DNA from: Magallana gigas
Lineage: Eukaryota
NCBI RefSeq assembly: GCF_963853765.1
Contig: NC_088858.1
Span: forward strand, 12,958,001-13,022,000
DNA length: 64,000 bases
Reading direction: 5' to 3'
Shown here: positions 52,120 through 62,042 of the stretch, one piece after another
Numbering within the stretch: the first letter of the stretch is position 1
Layout: every line of letters begins with the position of its first letter
Translations under genes and position numbers: made by a program
The notes under the pieces: model-generated
Databases searched by the model: none
What the model saw: the letters and a program-made list of their open reading frames with translations, nothing else
Told to the model about the DNA's origin: nothing

Positions 52120-54543
52120 TTAACTTTTCCGGTAGATTTCAATTTCACACAAATAGAGAAAATCGAGTTGTCCTGGCTTGGACTGAATTTGCAGTTTTAC
52201 TGTAGTAGCATGAGCTTCCGGTGGGCAGTAGAACGAAACTTGATCACTGTTACGTGATAATACACCCGGATAAAAGCCACAGATGTCGGTGACACCGTTT
52301 TTACTGTACGTAACGTTTACGTTGACAAAAGCAAAACCTGCAAAAGTGAAAGGTTAAAGATATGTAATTATCTGTCTATACGTATAGATAATTATTGATT
52401 AAATCGTACTGTACCAATAAGAATATATGTTTTGAAAAATAATTAAATCGAACTTCTCTCATTCTATTCTGATGAATATCATTTGATATTTATTTTTGCT
52501 TATGTGCATAAATCAATTTTCTAATAAAAATTATGATGTTTGAGATTTTTTCGTAACAAAATAAAATTCTGTTCTATGTGGATCCAAATTTAACAATACT
52601 TACTAAATATATCACCATTGTAGATTACTATTTTCCAAATCGTTATTGCCCCGGGCAGTGTTACTTCTAGCCATGGATTTGGTTCTCTAGCTGAACTGTA
52701 TATATTACTTCTATTGCAGTCGGGGATCCCATCAAGAACATTGGAAACGATGTTGTTCTTGATCGGCCACCATGTGGTACTTGCTACTGCTGACAAGTTT
52801 GCGGACACTGTATATGATAATTAAAGATAGTTATATTTTAAAGATAGTTATATTCAGTTTTTTGTGAAACGTAGTGTAACATGCAGGTAAAATACGGTTT
52901 TTGTTGGGGAAAAGGCATACAATTCCAATAATGTAATTTCTATTTTTATTGGCTAATTTTCAAAATATACGCATGTATACATATTCTAACCGACTTTATA
53001 CTGACCTTAAATTGATCAAACTGTATGTCTATATGTAATATCCTACCCCATAATTTATTCGTATACATTATTTAGCTATTGAATTAACTTTCATTATATT
53101 TAGTTCAAATATTTTTATTATTGTGTTAGTTTTTCGAAGCAGAGGAGATGGAAGTCTGAGTTGATATTATATTGTCGAATACATCATTTCCAAATCAGGG
53201 TATTATTTTTACAATCTGAAAATTTGACTTGTTGCTTGCAATGAGATTGTGTCGGGTCTTATACTTACCTCTGCTTCCTCTTGATTCCATGTTATTTTTG
53301 CTCTGTGAATGAACGCAAATGTTTGATACATATATTCCAACATTACAAACAATGAGAGTCTGAATAATACCGACCTACCCTACTGGATTTATATACTCAT
53401 GAATAACAAAGAACAGTAGTAAAACCAATGTGGCTTTCAAGATAGATGCAAGATTTATTGTTAAAACATTATATCAAATAAAAGGCATTCTTAATTGTAT
53501 TAAATAATACTATAATTTTTTTGACAGTTGAATGCAAATTTTAATTTGAAATATAATGAATTTAATCTACCATGTATTTTGCATCCAGAAATCTTTTCTA
53601 ATAATTGTTAACTGATTAGTTTATGGCAAGAAACTGCATGTGTATCTACAGTGCATGACCAATTGTTGTTCGGGCTACGTATAAATGTACCATATCATTA
53701 CCTCAGTTGTTGTTGATCATTCTTGTTATTATTTCAAATATTAATGTATACTTTATTGATAATAGTTTCTTTAGAAATCGATTAGCGCCGCTTACCCGAT
53801 TTTAAAGGATATGTGATATATTATGCAATATGTGCCCTTTATTTTTAATTCCAGTCATTTTTATAGCAAACATGACTAAACATAATATCTGCGTTGTTTA
53901 TAATTTACGTTTAAAAGTAATTGCCAAAAGGAGAAAAGGAAAGTAAATAATTTGAATATAAAATAACATACTGCGGTTTAGTGCTGCGTTTTTTTTTCTC
54001 TGAAAAAAGGTATAGGTATTTTATCATAGATTTCATTTTATGTTTGAATTTAATGGAAAAAACAGTTTCGCGACCATTTTACAACATCTAATTTACATGT
54101 ACGTTACAATATAAAACATATAGGAATTATTTTTTACAGGTATATCTATTTTAAACATAATGAAGATCACATACCAGTTCAAAATATTTGCAGCCATCCG
54201 TAGCATTTCCGGGGAGACCTCCATCTTTGTCAATCACGTACCATTCACAACATCCCCTGCACCGTGACAAGTCTGGTCGTATCGTGCAAATTTCGATCCC
54301 GACACATCGCTGGTCTCTCTCACATTGAGAGAAACAAAAATGCATGACCAAACCAACAGATTCCCTCTCGAATTCCCAGAGAGGCTTTGCTCGATCTTCC
54401 TGAAGTGACCCGATAAACTTTTTATTCATGGTGTATGTTGTACATCTAGACTGTTGGTTCCGTGAAAGTTCGAGACAAGCAAGAATACAAGCAATTACTT
54501 TCTTGAAGAATTCGAACTGCATGTTGCCGGCCTTGCTGTTCAT
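52120..54543 (-). CDS. Secreted protein with an N-terminal Cys-rich (PAN/apple-like, tentative) region and an F-type lectin (fucolectin/F5-8C-like) domain (~274 aa, 4 exons)
   Basis: Exons 54543-54175 (alternative start 54522), 53302-53269, 52807-52604 and 52337-52120 have compatible phases. The protein has a signal-like N-terminus, CFSQCERDQRC, and FTL-type motifs NVLDG, EPNPWLEVTL, IVIYN, CGFY, FYCP and LYLCEIEIY. Confidence 0.8.
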
Positions 54544-55874
54544 GGAAGTGTCCTTAAACGAATGTAAGTATGATCTTTATCATATATATCACGTGAGAGG
54601 AATTGTTTTGTTTAGAATTTTTTATATGATGTGTCTGATGTGTGATCAGAATCCCAGTATTAAAAAGAGTGGTCTCAGAGGATGTCAATTAAGTTTTCAA
54701 ATGTATGTCTATTGATTATCTAATTAGTTACACCAACCGGACCATGTCACTGTATGATCGTACTTCGTGATACGTTTAACAATGAATAAATTATTTCTTC
54801 CAAACATAATAAATGCATTATTTTGATATCAAACGTTTTTGTCTATAATACCCCATCTATACTACTATACAAAAAAAAGACTAGAATTTTTTGCCTTTAA
54901 TACCGAGAAATCGGAAGAGTACTCTGTTTTGTTTTATGTATTTCAAACATCATTGGTACCTAAAGATCATCAATTTGTTTTTATTTTTTCTCAATCAAGC
55001 TTCGCTAATAAATTATCAACGAAAATTCCTAACAAAAATCCGGAAATCATCTGGATTTTTTTGGATTTTACAATCTTGCACATGCGCATCACATTCAAGC
55101 TAAATTACGAGAGGCTCTTTAGTTTATCTTTCCGCAATAGCACATTTGCATTGATAAGCTCAGAAATAATAAAACAAATAGAGCCGAGCTCGTTGCAAGC
55201 AACGAGGAGATCTTCCGTTACAGCTTCCAGCACTAAAATGGATATCTCGGCAGAAATAAAACTAAGCATGTCTTTGGTAAGACATATGTTTTACTGACCC
55301 CTGATGTCTAGAGACGTGTCTTGTTAGATAGACTACTGTGTATCAATAGGTAAAGGGCTAATGATAAGGCAGAATTAGTTGGTATTAGTACGTCTCAGCA
55401 TATGTATGGACTACCTTATGTAAGAGTCATAAAAAGGGGGAACAAAAACCAGACCGCAAAGACTACTACTGAAGATATTTTCAATAACTTCATTTAGCAT
55501 TTGGAAAAACCTTATAGATAAACCTCGTTATGATCAAGATACTAAATATTGCAGTAATAGAATAGGGAATTATTTTTTTCTTAAAGATATTTCCAAGTTT
55601 TAAACAGTTCCGTATCATTCATTCCGCAATTACCGCACGAATTAACAAAATATTAGGAACTTTAGAAAAGCCCATAATGTAAACTTAAAACGCCATATAG
55701 ACGTACCGGTAGACATTTCAGATAATTAAAATAATGTGTCTATTTCAGATTTTGAAAGTAATTTTTCTTCTTTGGTAACCATGTTATAACAGAATTTTCT
55801 ACCAGGGACCTCTAGTCAAGATTATGAAGACCATTTCCTGACTAGAGAAGCTTCAGAAATGTGTTCTTTATCAG

Positions 55875-56027
55875 TATGACCCTGAGAACCAACCTGAAGA
55901 AGAAGAAGAAGAAGAAGCTAGTCGTAAAAGAGAGGAGCAAAAGGCTGGTGATGAGGATGAGGATGACGAACCTTCATTTGCCTCAGACTGGCCAGTTCCC
56001 TGCTCCGTGGAAGTCAACGAGACATAA
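55875..56027 (+). pseudogene. Isolated acidic terminal-exon-like fragment
   Basis: Acceptor TTCTTTATCAG is followed by YDPENQPEEEEEEEASRKREEQKAGDEDEDDEPSFASDWPVPCSVEVNET*. No intact upstream exons could be joined to it. Confidence 0.3.
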
Positions 56028-56249
56028 AAAAGTTCTGGGATTAGTGATTATTTGCTAATCAAATATTTGGTCTATTGTTTAAAATGAGCAATTTAATGAT
56101 GATTTTAGTAATCTGTTAATTGGATTACATATATACAAAAATTGACATATTATGATGACAAAGATGCTAAGCTAAGTTGTGGAAATATTACATTCATTAA
56201 AAAATGTGTGAGTTATGCTTTTAATTGGAACTTATTTAAATTAATGATT

Positions 56250-56790
56250 ATAATAGTTTTAACTTATTCACATGGACTGGTACATTATGAAATAACTGTT
56301 TTAATAAAGAAGACATATTTTTGGTTTAAATTGAAATACAGAGAATTCTTATAAATTAATCTCCTGCATCAGTTTTGATTGATTTACACGAACTGGTGCA
56401 TTTTGAAAAACAATTTTTATGCAGAAGTCATATTATATATTTACGTGCAAATCAAAGAATTCTTTCATTGTAATCCCCTACGCTAGTTTTGACTGATTTG
56501 CATGGACTGGTACTTTGTGAATTAAATATTTTATATAGAAAAATATTTTTTTGGTTTAAATTCTACCTCAGAGAATTCTTTCAAAGTATTATCCTGCCTC
56601 AGATTTTTATTGATTTACACGGACTTGCACTTTATGGAATTATTATTTTATACAGAAGATATATTTTTTATTTTCCTGGAAATCACTGATCTCTTTCATT
56701 CTTTCATTGCAATCCCCTGCGTTAGTTATGACTAATGTTCACGATCTTGCTATTTGTGAAATGAATATTTTATACAGATAAACTTAAAAT
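56250..56790. repeat. Degenerate ~115-bp tandem repeat with a ~230-bp dimeric higher-order period
   Basis: GGACTGGTAC recurs at ~56274 and ~56504, with related motifs at ~56390, ~56621 and ~56743. Confidence 0.7.
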
Positions 56791-56817
56791 ATTGTGATAT
56801 TCTTAAATTTCAAAGCA

Positions 56818-56820
<3 letters not shown>

Positions 56821-56884
<64 letters not shown>
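56821..56884. repeat. (TA)n microsatellite
   Basis: Direct reading. Confidence 0.95.
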
Positions 56885-56889
<5 letters not shown>

Positions 56890-57378
56890 TCTAAAATCGG
56901 TTGTTGCCTAATGGACATAAATTTCAAAAGACATACACAGGACATACACAGGAAGTTGAATCACTGTAAAGGCTTTGTTTCTTTAAATCAAAACAAAAAA
57001 CTAATAACAAAACAATGCATAAACAATCATTATAATGTTTTGCTAATTTTTTACATGATCAAAAGAGATTATTTTCACAGTGAAACAAAATAGGAGTTAC
57101 ATGCTTTATACATGCTCGTGAAAGATGAAACATCAACTCTAACTGTACAGCACAACGGATTCGGAATCTTTACTGCATGTAAAGAACAAATGTGTGCAGA
57201 AGTCACAACTCTTAATCATAAAAGTACGTTCCACAAGAAAATACTTAAACTCTGCAACCAAAGAGTTTCAGTCCACGAATAAAAATCCGACAAGAATGTT
57301 TTATGTACAGGTGAAACACAAACTCCCACTTGAGTGTCAAAGAGGAGAGTCAAAGAGGAGAGTATGCAACATACATTG

Positions 57379-60300
57379 TCACGTGTCTATCGTTGACATA
57401 TAGGTCTTGGGTTCCGACTTGGCCTCCATCTGAGTTTCTTCTAGAGTTTTATCGTGAGCTTGCTGCCATTTCTTTGCCGCCCTTTTCTTCAGTATTAATT
57501 CATCATTTCCTTGTAGAAGTTCACTGCGAATGCAAAGATTATAGCTATTGAAAAGCTGAATACAAAAAGATAGATGAAGGAAAAAAATTGAAATGATAAG
57601 AAGACGATTTTAAATTTAAAAGAAATATCAAAACTAAACCATTGTTATATTTTTGTAACACCCGAAAATCAATGACTTGAATTCTTTACCACGGTTCTTA
57701 TTCACATTTAATTACAAAATAGGCGCAATGCCCCAGCTACCTGAAGTCAATTTCCCCATTTCCATCTTTATCCAGTTGTCTCATCAGCTGTGAAATCTGA
57801 GGATCGCTGAGGTCTATGTTACATCTCTTTAAAAACAAAACACTGGATTTAACCACAATAGCAGATAATGTACATACAAACGGGGAATTTAACAAAACAA
57901 TTTTACATGTTATGTGTCTGATTTGTATGCATATAAATATCTACACGTATTTTACGTGTTTTAGTTTTAATGTTTTTTTTCCATTGAAATACAATTTTCT
58001 TGTTTTTACCCTAATACCCTCTTTGAGCTCCTCTAATGATATTGTAAAGCTATTGTCTCTGTCAAAGGACTTCAGAAGGTCGATCATTCGGTACCCCTCT
58101 TTTTCTACGTATGCCTTTAACTTTGACATTGGATCTCGCAGCAGCATTTTCATGGCGTCGATCTCTCTACCCTCTCCCCTAAGCTTCGTGCGGGGACAGT
58201 CGGGCAACACCCCGCCATAAATCGTCTTTAGACCTCTCTCTTCTGCAAGTTGGTCCTCCAGTGCTTTGAACGACTTTTTTACCATGAGAACCTGGGATTA
58301 TGAGAAAGTCACGTTATGAATTTCACACGTCTACATGATACAAATGTAAATACACGTACATGTACATATAGGTAATGATTAATATCTATAATTTACATTT
58401 AATGTTTGCTGGTGAAACAATGTGTTTAAAGAAAAAACACAACTTCAGTATTAGCTATTGTCTTCAGTGATGACATGAATTACTTAATCAATATTGACTT
58501 AATATAAACATTTATTTTTTCTTTTTATAAAAGAAATACAATTCAATCATACCGACTGAGATTACAATAAGTTTGCAGTGCCTACTGGTACATCTATACT
58601 TACACCAAAGTCTATAAGTTTTAATACACTGCTTTGATTGACTTGAATAGCTGTCATTATTTTGTCCGCTCCATCTTCTTGTAAAGGATTATATCCAATC
58701 TGAATCAGAAAAAAAAATCGATTAATGTTTTTGATCTAATTACTTTACAAATGCAATTATTATATAGTGTTTCATACTCTGTCATACTCATTAAAAAGAA
58801 ATAAATTAATAATATATGAGGCTGACGTTTAGATTTTCCAGTGTGTCGTTGTGCTGCAGACCCCCCGCTATGTGGACAGCAGCCTCGTCTGGAATACGAC
58901 AGTAGCTGATGTTTAGGTCCGTCAGGTACTTATTTTCCTTCAGAGCGCCCTCTAGTGCCCGAGCGCCCTCTAGGCCAAAGCCGTTCATACTGATGTCAAG
59001 ATATTTTAGCCCAACGTTGTCCTGAAACAAAGGTACACAAACACTTAAACACATGCAATTTCACCCTACCCCAAAGAAAAAAAAAGAAAATTAAAATATC
59101 GGTAATTTAATGAATAAAATTAAAAAGCAACAAATCCAGTGAAATCAAGGATAACATTATCCATTTTTAACGGAAGTAAACTGATAAATGGTTGCACCTT
59201 GAGAGCTTGAGCTAAGAGAACACATCCTTTGTTTTGGAATCGGTTGAAGCTGAGGTCCAGAGTCTCCAGGGTGACATTTTCATTCATGGAGTCGGAGAAC
59301 CATTGAGCCCCCACATCCTCAAACATGTTATGGCGGAGCATTAACGTCTTTATTGACGCATTTCTCTACAACATAAGGATATAATAACATTTTATAGTGG
59401 AGCATTAACGTCTTTATTGACGCATTTCTCTACAACATAGGGATATAATAACATTTTATAGTGGAGCATTAACGTCTTTATTGACGCATTTCTCTACAAC
59501 ATAAGGATATAATAACATTTTATAGTGGAGCATTAACGTCTTTATTGACGCATTTCTCTACAACATAAGGATATAATAACATTTTATAGTGGAGCATTAA
59601 GGTCTTTATTGACGCATTTCTCTACAACATAGGGATATAATAACATTTTATAGTGGAGCATTAAGGTCTTTATTGAAGCATTTCTCTACAACATAGGGAT
59701 ATAATAACATCTTATAGTGGAGCATTAAGGTCTTTATAAACGCATTTCTTCACAAAAATATAATAACGTTATGGCGGGGCATCAGTGTCTTTTTGGCACA
59801 CTTCTCTACACCAAAGAAAATTGATATGATTAAATATTTTTTTGCGAAGCAGCGGGTCGCTATTGAGGTAATTCTCTATTACACAGAAAAAAATATAATG
59901 TAAATTTTCCTATGGTATAAAGAAATATGTCTATAAAAATCCTGATGCTTCGCCATAACAGAATAATGATTATAATTGTTTTGCTATGGTATAGAATACT
60001 ACGTATATGTCAATGAAGATCCCGATCTCTATTTCTAAACTCCATTGGAAAAATTAAAAATTGCGGATGATACGCGTCTTTTTGACGCATATCTCTAAGC
60101 CACAGGAGATAAATGATATAACTACATGACTGCAAGCTCGCATGTCACACGGTTTGTTCAAAGTGATGCCTTACCGTTAACATTTCATAAAACGCCTCAG
60201 CTGCGGAGTCTTCTATGTCATTACCTGAAAAAGGTGTTAAAGGTTTGTCGTAAAAGAGCGCCACTTCGAGTTTGTATTTTTTTAATTGGACAGATTAAAA

Positions 60301-62042
60301 ATAACTAATATATTTGGGATACATGTAAAATACAACTTTATGGTTATTAAGATGTACCTGTCAGGTTTAAATGAATAATTGTTTTATTTTCAGACAGTAG
60401 TTCACAAATAGCCTTTGCTCCCTCGTTCCCGATTTTGTTATCACATAGCACCTGGAATTTGTAATATTAATTAAACAGCATTGTCATGGCGATGTATCTC
60501 TACATGCATATACACAATATGTACATGTATAACTTTAGCACACAACTTCAGTTCAGTTATGTTCAGTTCAGTTTATTTCACTCAAAACAATGGAATCGTA
60601 CATGAGGTTCATGAACAAGACTATTGTATCAACAATTATGCCGATCATACCAATTCTGTGACGTAAACATTTTCTCGTAGAACTCTCGTCAGATACGTGG
60701 CTCCCTCTCCCAGGATGTAGTTGCCCTCGAGATCTATCTTCTCTATCACTGTATTCACCTTTATTCAAATAGAATTAAATCACAATTTTCTCCAAACTGA
60801 TAAAATATAATTCTAATTATTACGGTTTATTTAAATAAAAGAGCGTCCAAACTACACATAATTATTTCAATCGTACAAATTCAGCATGAAAAGCTACGCA
60901 TAATAAAATTCATCATTATTTACAATCCACTCAGTTCAGCGGAGTGGATCCTAAACTACTGGCTAGGAAAGATTAAAATATATTCAATCATGTTGGAATC
61001 CATCTTGATCTTAATTTTACAGGCACTACATACTAAAATCAAAAAATTATAGTGTAACCTTTTTTGTACACTAACATGTTTTTCACGTTAAAAAAGCTCT
61101 AGGTTGTCAAGGTTGGTCACAATTTATTTATAGCCAGCCTGATTTTGAGATTCCCAGTTTAACAGCATTCGGTGGTCAGTGTAAAAATCACGGTTATAAC
61201 CCACTGATTGAATTAAAAGGGCGTGGTCTTACCTCCAGTGGTGTGGCTATTGCTTTCATCCCCTGAGGACCAAGACTGTGGTATTTCATGACTAGCTCTG
61301 TGTCATGCATATGTTTTAAGAAGAACGTGATCGGCTGTACCCCGATTTCTTCGCATTTCTTTAAATATGCTGATTTTCCACTTGTGTCGTGATCATATCT
61401 GTCTGGGAATATTAGCTCTAGAAAAAAAACCATGAACCAATTAGAGTTTACAATAATGCATTGGTAACATTTTTGGTAATACATTTCATTTGTTGTTTCC
61501 AAGATTGATTTCCAGGATAAAGAACCTTTCTTACTTTCTGCATCTACTTCTAGATCTGTGTCATACTCTGCAGCTTTTGCCTCGTCGTCTGAGCCGATGG
61601 AAGATATGTTATCCAAGTCTTCACCAAACTCGTCTTCCAGTTCATCATCAATGTCCTCAATGTCGTCCTCAATTTCCTGAGGACGACCCTCGATATCCCC
61701 TCCAAAGAAAACAGTGTCCCTGGGTTCGAGTCCGTCCTGTTCATCGAGGAACCCCGTCTGTGGAAGTTCATCCGGTCCGAAGTCATCCAACAGCTTTCTG
61801 TATGACGGGCTTTGGATCCTGGCATCGTGTGTTATCTCCTTCAAACGAGTCAAGTCTGTGATGAGACCCGCGGGATCGGTACGTCTGCTTCGAGCAGACG
61901 ACACTCGACTATCCGGACTTTCAGATCTTTGGTGGGAGGGAAGAACAAGCGGAGGGTCGTCGGAAGGAGCCGGTGATTTTCCCTGGCTCGACTTTTGTCT
62001 GGGAGTTCCAGCTTTCGCTGAACGGTCTCTTGCACTTGGCAT
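57379..62042 (-). CDS. LRRC74: LRRC74-like leucine-rich repeat protein with two EF-hands, paralogue 3 (~638 aa, 11 coding exons)
   Basis: Exons in transcript order: 62042-61535, 61417-61233, 60758-60651, 60451-60358, 60224-60175, 59365-59198, 59021-58827, 58699-58604, 58291-58010, 57826-57741 and 57523-57379. The GVQPITFF...YHSLGP signature is present, with EF loops DRDNSFTISLEE and DKDGNGEIDFSE. Confidence 0.9.
59335..59790. repeat. 64-bp tandem repeat x~7 spanning the splice acceptor of the 168-nt exon of paralogue 3
   Basis: Units start at 59335, 59399, 59463, 59527, 59591, 59655 and 59719. On the minus strand each reads TTGTAG|AGAAATGCGTCAATAAAGACGTTAATGCTCC, except the last, which is degenerate. 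Confidence 0.95.

Noticed and set aside
54839-55297. 152-aa plus-strand ORF
   Set aside because: It is mostly AT-rich Phe/Ile/Leu-biased sequence with no recognisable motif; only its 3' end looks coding-like and is listed under findings.
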